From assembly GCA_965285935.1 (NCBI GenBank), contig OZ260666.1, positions 52,266,001 through 52,330,000 of the forward strand: a stretch of 64,000 nucleotides of DNA. Reading direction: 5' to 3'. Positions 38,959-50,098 of the stretch are shown in pieces (the first letter of the stretch is position 1; every line of letters begins with the position of its first letter). The stretch is from Ophelia neglecta. Its lineage: Eukaryota. A program made the translations under genes and the position numbers. The notes beneath the pieces were generated by a model. It saw only the letters and a program-made list of their open reading frames with translations. It did no database searches and had not been told where the DNA came from.

Positions 38959-40134
38959 TAACATCTGTACACAGTTGACTTAGTTATGTGGCATTATTGA
39001 GCTGTTCTAGTTTAAGAAGTCTAACTGTTCATTCATATTTCTTGTTTTTTTTTTTTTTGCTACTAATAAGCCTATCTATAATTAACTCTTCAAGTATTAT
39101 TACTCCATCAAATGTCAGTATAAGACAGTTTTCTTGCATTGAAACAGTCTTGTATCTGGAGCGTTCTTGGCTTTTTAGTCAGCATGTACTCAAGTTGATC
39201 GAGCAGACGAGAGAAATGTGCTAATTTTGTCATGGCCTTGGTATGAAGCATGCCAGAGTACAGGTACATCAAGGCTTCGAGATGTGCTGATGGAGAGAAT
39301 GGCCTGCTGAACATCATTATCAAGTGTGGGTTATTACCACACAAGTGTCTTCCAAGTGCCAATGATGTACACTGTACTGTCATTAAGGGGCCAGGAGTGA
39401 TCTTCCCTCCTTCTGACTGGTCTCCTGACTGGGGATTGACCACACCTCTGATGTGGTGTAATAAAAGATGGCTGTCATTTAGCCATATACTCAGGGCATG
39501 ATCTGTGACCAATACATTCATAGATGATCATTGACATGCAAAACACCCATCCCATCAAACCATTAGGTGGCCCTTAGTGTAAAGTAGGCCCATGTCTAAG
39601 TTCATACTCATTTCACAGTTCATGTATTATAGATTTGACTTGTCTACAGCCCAGTCCATGGGCCAGGGGCCGGGCGAGTGGGGAGGAGAGAGCTCTGCCC
39701 TGATGGTGATCTGATATTGATCTGGACACAGATCGATACTCATTGTGGATGGTTTACATGTCAGATGTGGCCAGGTGTGGCAGACGTGTCCCGTAAACAA
39801 CCTTTACAACTTCACTGGGCATTTAATGACCCTCCATATTGTGTTTTACACAGTAGGGTAATGTGTTGGCTATAAATTAAATCAACCTTTGTAGAGGGAT
39901 GCTTGACATGACGTCTGTCCATAAAACCTTGGCCGGATAAATTACAAAGGCTATTTACGTTTTATATATTGATAGATATTCCATTATTGCTGGCACAATA
40001 TTAATGATAATATGAAATATTGCCAGTGCTTTTTAAATTGATGGTTATAGCCAGAATGAATGTATTTGCTATGATTTGCACTAGATGACCTAGCCTGTCT
40101 TGGTGGATTTGTGGGCCCTGCGAATCACACACTG

Positions 40135-41689
40135 TGTTTACTATTGTAGTTATTTGAGCAGTTGGGTGTACAGTTGATGACATATTGATGTTTACTATTG
40201 TAGTTATTTGAGCAGTCGGGTGTTCAGTTGATGACATATTGTTGTTTACTATTGTAGTTATTTGAGAAGTCGGGTGTACATTTGATGACATATTGTTGTT
40301 TACTATTGTAGTTATTTGAGCAGTCGGGTGTACAGTTGATGACATATTGTTGTTTACTATTGTAGTTATTTGAGCAGTCGGGTGTACAGTTGATGACATA
40401 TTGATGTTTACTATTGTAGTTATTTGAGCGGTCGGGTGAACAGTTTATGACATATTTTTGTTCACTATTGTAGTTATTTGAGAAGTCGGGTGTTCAGTTG
40501 ATGACATATTGTTGTTTACTATTGTAGTTATTTGAGCAGTCGGGTGTTCAGTTGATGACATATTGTTGTTTTCTATTGTAGTTATTTGAGCAGTCGGGTG
40601 TACAGTTGATGACATATTGTTGTTTACTATTGTAGTTATTTGAGCAGTCGGGTGTACAGTTGATGACATATTGATGTTTACTATTGTAGTTATTTGAGCA
40701 GTCGGGTGTACAGTTGATGACATATTGATGTTTACTATTGTAGTTATTTGAGCAGTTGGGTGTACAGTTGATGACCTATTGATGTTTACTTTTGTAGTTA
40801 TTTGAGCAGTCGGGTGTTCAGTTGATGACATATTGTTGTTTTCTATTGTAGTTATTTGAGCAGTCGGGTGTACAGTTGATGACATATTGTTGTTTACTAT
40901 TGTAGTTATTTGAGCAGTCGGGTGTACAGTTGATGACATATTGATGTTTACTATTGTAGTTATTTGAGCAGTCGGGTGTACAGTTGATGACATTGATGTT
41001 TACTATTGTAGTTATTTGAGCAGTCGGGTGTTCAGTTGATGACCTATTAATGTTTACTATTGTAGTTATATGAGCAGTCGGGTGTACAGTTGATGACATA
41101 TTGTTGTTTACTATTGTAGTTATTTGAGAAGTTGGGTGTTCAGTTGATGACATATTGATGTTTACTATTGTAGTTATTTGTGAAGTCGGTCGTTCAGTTG
41201 ATGACATATTGATGTTTACTATTGTAGTTATTTGAACAGTCGGGTGTACAGTTGATGACATATTGATGTTTACTATTGTAGTTATTTGAGCAGTCGGGTG
41301 TTCAGTTGATGACCTATTGATGTTTACTATTGTAGTTATATGAGCGGTCAGGTGTACAGTTGATGACATATTGTTGTTTACTATTGTAGTTATATGAGCA
41401 GTCGGGTGTACAGTTGATGACATATTGATGTTTACTATTGTAGTTATTTGAGCAGTCGGGTGTACAGTTGATGACATATTGATGTTTACTATTGTAGTTA
41501 TTTGAGCAGTCGGGTGTTCAGTTGATGACCTATTAATGTTTACTATTGTAGTTATATGAGCAGTCGGGTGTACAGTTGATGACATATTGTTGTTTACTAT
41601 TGTAGTTATTTGAGCAGTCGGGTGTACAGTTGATGACCTATTGATATTTACTATTGTAGTTATTTGAGCAGTCGGGTGTACAGTTGATG
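40135..41689 (+). repeat. 54-bp tandem array spanning the acceptor site and exon F 5' end (about 29 acceptor copies)
   Basis: Unit acatattgatgtttactattgtag|ttatttgagcagtcgggtgtacagttgatg; first AG at 40148-40149, last at 41658-41659; one 2-bp deletion near 40990. Confidence 0.97.
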
Positions 41690-41842
41690 GCTGATTCTCA
41701 GTATGATGCTCAGACTCGTATCCAGGCTCTGCTTGAGTTCTTACATGAAAGGGAAATGGACCTGGAGGATCTCGCCGAACAAAAACGCATCAAACTTGAC
41801 CAGTGCGTCCAGCTCAGACACTTTGAGGCTGAGGCCAGACAG
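41660..41842 (+). CDS. TRIO: Trio exon F (spectrin): LFEQSGVQLMADSQYDAQTRIQALLEFLHE...QLRHFEAEARQ
   Basis: tattgtag|TTA ... CAG|gtatga; 183 nt, phase 0/0. The acceptor is the last copy of a 54-bp array. This frame is not in the ORF track. Confidence 0.9.
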
Positions 41843-42343
41843 GTATGAAATCCAAGTGATTAATAGTAACTCCCCAAAGTTATCATAGAGTTCTCATAAT
41901 TTACACATACCTTAACAAACTGAGATGAATTAGTCAGAAAATAACATTGAATATATCTTAAATTTACATATCAGGGAAACAAGTTGTCAACCCCTTCAAA
42001 CTTTGGTCTAAAAGGTGCCATAGAAGCCCTGAAAATTTATCATAATTGAAATATTGATTACCCTGACTCATTGTTTGGAATAAAAAGTGCTAGGGAAGAG
42101 TCATTAAAAACATAAAATAAAAGTACATCCCACCCATATTTGAATGAGTCCCCTGGACACTCAGGAAGATGAAATGAATATTAAACATTGCCATGCCTTT
42201 CTCTTGTGGAAATATATTATCTGAGAAATACCCCTAGTAATTTTGTATGGCCTAAGACAACTCCCATCTTATTGGAGAAACCAAATAATTGTGTGTAGAC
42301 CTAGTACTAGTCGTGCCCAGTAAGATTGTTGTGTATGATTTAG

Positions 42344-42463
42344 GTGATCACATGGATCCGTAACGGGGAGTCTATGATCACGGTCAGTCTGGTGTGCCCT
42401 AACTCCCTACTTGAGGCAGAACAGCTGAGAAAGGAACACGAAAAATTCCAAGTCGCCATTGAG
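42344..42463 (+). CDS. TRIO: Trio exon G (spectrin): [40 protein letters not shown]
   Basis: atttag|GTG ... GAG|gtaaga; 120 nt, phase 0/0. Confidence 0.93.
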
Positions 42464-42795
42464 GTAAGACATTAATCTTTCAAAATGGAATATCTCAAAT
42501 TGGGTGGGTTCCTGCCTTTTGAAATAGGCAGCCGTGATGTAAAAGTTAAAATCAGGTTTATCTTCATGCACATGTGTTTGCTTTGAATTTGATAGCCAGA
42601 TAAAAGAGAAAATAATTCTGATATTTGGGAAGCCATTGTAATATTTATTTTGTTTTGGATTTTATGAGAAGCAGGAAGGGTGAAAATGCCAAACACACAG
42701 AGGTTGCTAGTGAATTAGGAAACCATTGTTTATCCCGAATACATTCTTTGTAAATATGATGTTTTTGGTTTTTAAAACAGTTGTTTTCTTTGCAG

Positions 42796-42878
42796 AAAAC
42801 CCACCAAGCTGCTGTGCAGGCCACACAAAAAGCTGAATTGATGATACAGAATAACCACTACAATAGTGAATTAGTCAG
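42796..42878 (+). CDS. TRIO: Trio exon H: KTHQAAVQATQKAELMIQNNHYNSELV(R)
   Basis: ctttgcag|AAA ... AG|gtaata; 83 nt, phase 0/2. Confidence 0.92.
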
Positions 42879-43165
42879 GTAATAAAACCATTACAATAGT
42901 GAATTAGTCAGGTGAATAAATCCACTACAATAGTGAATTGGTCAGGTCAGTAACCGCTACAGTGGTGAATTAGTTGGGAAAATAACCACTACAATAATAA
43001 ATTTGTCCTGAATAAGTCAGGTTAATAACCACTACAAAATTGAATTCCTGACTGATACTTTGGTGATTTAGTCATGGAAACAGCTATTATAATAGTGAAT
43101 GTGTATGGTAAACAACCACTACAATAGTGAATTTACTCCACAACCACTAGTTCATTAGTGAATGT
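42852..43165 (+). repeat. Decayed 33-34 bp array spanning the exon H 3' end and donor site
   Basis: aaccactacaatagtgaattagtcag|gtaataa followed by about 8-9 increasingly diverged copies. Confidence 0.85.
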
Positions 43166-43439
43166 GCTGAATTTCATGCCTGGCCTTTACATGTTTATAT
43201 CATACTGCAGGGCAAAAGTATGGTTGTGTGATAGTCTTTTCATATAGCAGTGAAAATTACCTGAATAGCAGGGAGGGTGGGGTCTACCTTATTAAAAACT
43301 AGAGGATTTTAACATCACAAAATACCTGCCATTATGTATCCAAGCTAAAGAGCATGCTGGCTAACAGAAATGGAATGACAGTTCACAGTAGAAGAAGCAG
43401 TATGAAATATCTCATTAAAGGCTATCACTTCTGTTACAG

Positions 43440-43548
43440 ATCTATTGGAGAAAATATAACCAGCAGATGGCAGCAGCTGATGTTCCATGCTGAGGAGCGC
43501 ATGAAATTAGTCATGGCATCCATGAATTGGTTTAAAACTGCTGAACAG
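43440..43548 (+). CDS. TRIO: Trio exon I: SIGENITSRWQQLMFHAEERMKLVMASMNWFKTAEQ
   Basis: gttacag|A ... CAG|gtacat; 109 nt, phase 2/0. Confidence 0.93.
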
Positions 43549-43801
43549 GTACATGTTCACATTAGAAGGAATGAGTAGTCCCAATAGAATCAAGTGTATT
43601 ATGACAACTGTGTAGCTGTTTTGATATACAAGAATAGGTATTCCTAAAGTAAAAGAAACAAGATGTAAATGCTATATAATCTTTTGCAGTGATATGTTAG
43701 TAATTTTTTTAAGGGCTTTACTTGTGATTTAACCTTCAAAATTGCATGCCATGGTGGTCCAAGTCCCCTTAATATTTTCTGGTATGTACTACTCTACAAA
43801 G

Positions 43802-43948
43802 GTATGCTCTGTGCTGGAGTCGCTGGAGAGGGAGTATCGTAGAGACGAGGACTGGTGTGGTACGGAACGGGCCAACACCGCTGACAAGGTCCAGTACATG
43901 AACCAACTCATCACCAAACACCAAGAACAGAAAGAGGCCTTTCTCAAG
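43802..43948 (+). CDS. TRIO: Trio exon J: VCSVLESLEREYRRDEDWCG...KHQEQKEAFLK
   Basis: ctacaaag|GTA (AAG acceptor) ... AAG|gtagga; 147 nt, phase 0/0. Confidence 0.9.
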
Positions 43949-44085
43949 GTAGGACTGGCACGAGGGAGACATGTCGGGTGATTGTAGCCCAGTATAACAA
44001 AAATACCAGCATTGATGGACATTTGAAGTTGCGGTATGAATAGGCTGACTCTATTAGTTTTAATTTTGCGGTTTTCTTGTTGCAG

Positions 44086-44194
44086 GCATGTACTCTTGCC
44101 CGCCGCACTGCTGAGACGTTTTTAAAGTATGTCCACCGTAATGTTCACACCCTGCACATGCAGGTCACTCGTAACCCAGAACAGCAAGTCAAAG
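44086..44194 (+). CDS. TRIO: Trio exon K: ACTLARRTAETFLKYVHRNVHTLHMQVTRNPEQQVK
   Basis: gttgcag|GCA ... G|gtgagc; 109 nt, phase 0/1. Confidence 0.93.
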
Positions 44195-44395
44195 GTGAGC
44201 CTCCTTCTAATGCCAAATGTCTCAATAGTTCTCATTAAAATAGCAACAGAACATATTTAATTATCTTTTTTCTTGAAGTTAAACCTAGAATCAGTTACAT
44301 AATTACTTATAAGAAGGTCTTTCCCTCTTATGTTTTTTTGTGATAATTTACAAGTAATGGTTTTTGCCACAACCACACCTGATTTCTGTGTGTAG

Positions 44396-44634
44396 CCACT
44401 CTGGATCACCTGTTGAAGCAGGAGAATATGGTGTTAGAGTATTGGACCATGAGGAAGAGGAAGCTCGACCAGTGTTCACAGTTTGTGTTGTTTGAGAGGA
44501 GTGCCAAGCAGGCCTTGGACTGGATCCACGACACTGGCGACCTCTATCTGTCAACACACACAAATGTGGGCAAGGACCTCACCGAGACGGAGGCCCTGCT
44601 CAAGGAACACAATGAGTTCAAGGGGACGGCCAAG
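44396..44634 (+). CDS. TRIO: Trio exon L (spectrin): TLDHLLKQENMVLEYWTMRKRKLDQC...KEHNEFKGTAK
   Basis: gtgtgtag|CC ... AAG|gtaggt; 239 nt, phase 1/0. Confidence 0.94.
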
Positions 44635-45659
44635 GTAGGTCTGCAACCCACACACACTTACCACTCCTCACCGATCCATTATTATTAACAGTTTCAACTC
44701 TGAATATCTGTAACTAAAGGGGTATCTGCCCCTGTAGAAGAATGTGGTATTGAAAGACTTAAAATATGAATTTTTATTTCTAATGGCAAACAGGAAGTGT
44801 CTCATTGTTTTATAATTTCATTAACCTACTTACTCTATATGTAAATTGGTGGATAACTTAAACTAAAATAAGTAAAAGTCACTTTTTGAGGTCAATACAG
44901 TTGTGGACACACTAACCGTTAAACATTGATGTTTGTGAACAGACCTATTTCATATGCTGTGATTTGAAAAGGCATGGATATAAAGTAAGTCAGCTTGCAA
45001 TCAATGCTGAATCGTGAAACAAGTCACTGGCAGGCGATTGGTGTGGCTTAATAAAGTACATGTACCTATAAGCACATGTATACCACGCTCTCCTCATGTG
45101 TACATATCCAGCCTGCTGTCGCCAAGCCAGGTTCAGTTCTCTCCTATTTTAATTGTACAAATTGATATCAGAATCATTCAGCAGATGGCACAATATGTTT
45201 TGATGATTGACACACAGCTTAGCTTCCAAGGGCCAGTAGTATTAAACTCCCTGCCTCTGCTTGCTTTCTTCTGCAGCCATTGCTTGGAAGGTCATCAACA
45301 GTATCCGTGGCTGCCCGCTTAGCTTAGAACAATGAATGATGACCCCATGGTCTAAATGCTGAATTCATTTGTTGCTTAGCTGAGCTAGACACATTTGCCT
45401 TTTCTAATAAGCAAGGATTAGATTTGGCCATATGGCACGTGCTTGGTGTGCATTACCCCCAGCCTGGTTTGCAGTTCATGTGCTTGTCCGTGAAGGACAT
45501 GTTTGGCTCAACACCTGGCCGGCCAGAAGAGGATTATGCCAATACAGGGAGCAATCAGACATGTGATTAATAATTAATGGCTGTTAGCTAAAAGAGGAGG
45601 GACTCTTTGATGCTGGGATGTTTATGGGGAGGATGTGACTTGGGACAGTGACGTATGAC

Positions 45660-46195
45660 TTCTGTGAGGTGTATCAAGTGGCATATCACCACATATGTCA
45701 GGTGGCATATCACTGTGTTAGGTGGCATATCCCTGTGTCAGGTGGCATTGTGTCAGGTGGCATTTCCCTGTGTCAGGTGGTATATCTCTGTGTCAGGTGG
45801 CATATCTCAGTGTCAGGTGGCATATCTCTGTGTCAGGTGGCATATCTCTGTGTCAGGTGGCACATCACTGTGTTAGGTGGCATATCTCTGTGTCAGGTGG
45901 CATATCTCTGTGTCAGGTGGCATTGTGTCAGGTGGCATATCTCTGTGTCAGGTGGCATTGTGTCAGGTGGTATATTACTGTGTTAGGTGGCATATCTCTG
46001 TGTCAGGTGGCATATCTCTGTGTCAGGTGGCATTTCCCTGTGTCAGGTGCCATATCTCTGTGTCAGGTGGCATATCCCTGTGTCAGCTGGCATATCCCTG
46101 TGTCAGCTGGCATATCCCTGTGTCAGCTGGCATATCCCTGTGTCAGGTGGCATTGTGTCAGGTGGCATATTCCTGTGTCAGGTGGCATATCACAC
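45660..46195. repeat. 20-bp minisatellite (tgtgtcaggtggcatatctc) with 15-bp deletion variants
   Basis: Direct reading; about 27 copies. Confidence 0.95.
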
Positions 46196-49100
46196 AGTGC
46201 TCACATTACCAGGCTTGCTGTGTTGACATTAACAACTGTAAAACTCAGTGAAAATCAGCCATGAGCAGAAGTAGAAAACAAATACTTATTGCAGCAACAC
46301 TATAAATTGATCAATGAAATTATCATGTAAATATTAATGAATCCCCCTTCATTACCAATATGGCCTGCTCTTCTAGCTGGCCCTAGTAGAGCATTACAGC
46401 CAGCTGATCACTGAGATACGTCGGACTAATTTAGAAATGAAGGTATTTCTAAATAGGGCAGAATCCTTATTAATCTAAACAATGATCTTTGATAAGACTG
46501 GACCCTCTTTGCATATAATCACAATACTGATGGATGAATAATTTATAAGTAATTAATCATTGTATCAGTTTCTTGTGACCAGTTTCATTTGTCTGTGGCT
46601 TTGATATTAATCTAAGCTGTTCTCTGTGCCAGCTTAGACAGATCATCTGAGTTGTGCTCTGAGCTGGCTTAGACAGATCAAACTCTGGGTCATCAGTGGA
46701 CAGTAATTAGAGTAATCATAATGACCGTGTTTGGTGGTTCTTGGTGGCTTTGCTTGGTGGCAGGGCTAGCTATTGGCCGGAGGATGACATTGTAGTACTA
46801 TGACCACCTCTGTAATTGTAGGGTGGCATGGCCTGATGGTGCCACTGATAGTTAATGTCTTGTTGCACATGACCAGTGTAGTGTGCTGCCTGTGCTGCCC
46901 CCTTAGCTCAGGTGTGTTGTGAAGTGACAACAATAAACAAGATTACCTTTATTATGGTGTCTGTGTTGGAACTATTAATTATTTTTAAATAGATTCATAA
47001 CCTTTTTGGACTCTCTTTTATTAAGACACCATTCTATCTTGTCATGTTATCTGCTCACTCTTTTCACCCAAACTACTTGTCTATTAGACCATTCTGCCAC
47101 TTCTTTATAATACAAAATGAAAAGTGGGCTAATTATTCATTTTGTGTGGCGTTCAATGATTTCATTGTGTTGATTTAAAATTTGTGAAAATTTAAAAAGG
47201 TGATTATTCCAAGACAATGACGCTGAATAATACACATGTCTGTAATTTCCACTCAATTTAATTTAATGAATAAAAGCATAGTTCAAAAGGGGGAAGGGTG
47301 TTTGAAAGGTTTATGATCAAACGCAAAAAATGACAATGCAACTGACAGTAGATGGTACTTAAACGGCCAAAGGGCCGTACAACTGCTGACACTGGCAAGT
47401 ATCTTGTAGAGTTTTTACTCTCTTGAAGTTCTAAGTGCTTCGCTAATGAAATATGGGCATTTTTTATCAAATGGAGTGATCACTTTGACACTACACTGGT
47501 AATGTAATTCTATTGACCTAAGTTTATTTGTTTAAATACAATATTATCTGATATCATGACAAAACAATGTTGCTATGCTGTAATAAAATTAATATGCAAT
47601 TTTTTGAAGTATTTAACCACTGTTACAATTAAACCTGTCCTTATCATAAAACTGGCCCTCCACCAAATGACCTGAGGGTTATAAATGTTAGGTGACAGGT
47701 ATTCCTGGGTATTGTCATGTGATCTATTGTTGTGCTTTTCTTTGCTCTGTGGGCAACCAGCCATATAGATATGTCTATGTCCTGAATGTTGACTGGATGT
47801 ATTTAACAGACAGATGCCTGATTGTCAAAACCCTGTCCCCATGGTGTGAACTTTTGTTAATATTTATGCAGCAAGGGCATGTAATGGGCTGGCCAAGAGG
47901 GTGAGGGCCATGGAGGGGCAACAGCTTTAGGTCTTTCCTCTCTAGGGGGTAGTAATTATAGTATTTAACTATTAGTCTCATTAACGTTAAGTCTCATTAG
48001 TCTGATTCTACAGGCTGACATCCCTGTTCCACTGTTAGAAGGCTGCTGTATCTCTGTTGTATTTCCACCCCCACCCCCCCCCCCCACCCCACCCCACACA
48101 CACAGAGTAACTGACAGGAGTTTGACCATGTTGACTGGCCATGATACTGGGTAATGTAAATGGTCTTTGTCCTGTCAAGATGTGATATAGCTTCCTGCCT
48201 GGTTGGCTTAGCTTCCTGGCAAGCCTGCTTATTATAAAAGAATGTTTGTCATAATTTCTAAGCCACGTAGCCATTGTTTGTAGCATTTTTCATTTGAAGT
48301 GGATAGTAAGTGAGCAACATTCAATAACATGGATGAATAGCAAGCATGAATGAACAGCATTCAGTGGTCAGTCATGTGTGACCCAGTTACAGGTGACGGG
48401 GAAACCATGACAACGAGCCCATGTCCTCCCGAGCCAATGTCCTCCGGTGGAGATGTATTGATGGGACTTATTGTCCTGTTAGGCTGGGAGTAGTGCCACT
48501 CCAGCACTGGTGAAAGCAGGAGAAAGCAGAAGAGGGGCTCTTTGTGTCATTGTTAAAGCTTCCCTAAATGTTGGCAGCTCACTCAAAAAACCTACCCGGG
48601 ACCCGGGCATTCTGAGAAGACTGTGGAGGTCAAGAGGGATGGTGGCATGGCATTGCTGGGTATCACTGGCTGGTGGATTTAACACAATGATAGAGTAGAG
48701 GTGTGGGAGGCCGCCACTATCTCCGAGGGGCTCAGACCATCAATAGCAACTTATAATTCTGACAGGATACAGTAATGAATTGTGGGATTACTGATGGGAT
48801 ATATGGCTGATTTATTCTCGGCACACATTTCTGCACCTAGCGTGTTTGGAGTGCCTGGTACACAATGAAGCAGGCCTCTATGTGCCTTGACCTGTTGGTG
48901 TTCCCGTGTGGACGGATGATGCTGGCCTGACAATGCTAACTAGATGTTGGCCTATTCAGCATGTTTTATAATGTATTACATAGTCAAACTGCCTTTGTTC
49001 TCTGACATACTTGAGTGTGCACACAAGAGATGAACACCTGGCTAGGTGTCAGACTGTACAGGACGATGAGACTACATTTTAATAAGCTAGTTTGTGATAT

Positions 49101-49771
49101 TCCAATTCATTAGGTAAGTTCTGCTAGCAATCCCTGGTGTTGTATCTTTGATGACAGCAGCCTGTTGTCACAGACATGTTCACATTTGTTCATGTCAATT
49201 ATACAGACAGTGGCAAAGACTCAGATTACTTGACATGTACTAAACCTTTTTGTTTAAAACTGACAAATATTAATTTTTCAACCACACACTACTTAAAGTG
49301 GAGAAATTACATCCTATATAAGCCAGTGAAGTTTTAAAGGTCCCTGTTTATTATTCATGTGAATGCTTAGGTCTAACATCATTATTCACTGATTTCTGTC
49401 ACCAGGTTGTGCAAAGGAGATCTGATAACATTTAATAACATGTATGATAATTTAACCAGTCATGTAATTATGGTTTTAAAAAGGGCTGTGATTCCAGGTG
49501 TTAGTAGTATACTGATTTTCAGTGAGTTTTTGTTTGATGCACTTATTGAGTATGTAGTATGAATGATGTATTCCCTGCACTGGGACCAGCTTCCTGCCAT
49601 ACCTTCCTGGAAACTCTGTTTGTGATCACAGCTATATCTTGACAAGAAGGGCATATTTATTTGTATTCTGTTTACATGTATATACAAACAAAGATGACAA
49701 CTTTTAATGTAAATGTATTATATGTTGACTCTTAAGAGTCCTGAAAACAACTACTGTGCCCAAAGTGAGTT

Positions 49772-50098
49772 ACCACCAAAGCGTGTCCGAGTGGTTAGGG
49801 CGTCCGCTTTGGGAGATTGGGGTTCGAAGCTTGATCGCGTCAAACCTAAGACGTAAAAATAGGTACTGATAGCTCCCCTGCCAGGCGCCCAGTATTTTGG
49901 GGGTAGTATCAGGACTGGTCAACCAGGTGTCAGTATAATGTGACTGGGTGGGGCTCCCTGTCTGGTGTCTACGGCAGGTACTCCAATGAGGCCACACTCT
50001 AAAGAGGGCATTGAGCCCACTGTCACAAGTAGGCGCTGTGGAGACATGACCGATAAGTGTTGAAAGCCACGTTAAACCCCAAACAACAACAACAACAA
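49772..50098 (+). mobile_element. Full-length tRNA-derived SINE (Meta/MESC-like core, tentative) with (AAC)n tail and 13-bp TSD
   Basis: A-box-like gtccgagtggttag and B-box ggttcgaagc; CpG-rich body; tail aaacaacaacaac; TSD cccaaagtgagtt (49759-49771) / cccagagtgagtt (50099-50111). Confidence 0.85.

Noticed and set aside
40001-41585. Minus-strand Thr/Asn-rich mucin-like ORFs
   Set aside because: Antisense reading of the 54-bp acceptor array; broken by a stop and a frameshift.
49780-49850. tRNA gene
   Set aside because: A and B boxes are present but there is no complete cloverleaf, and it continues into a SINE body, tail and TSD.
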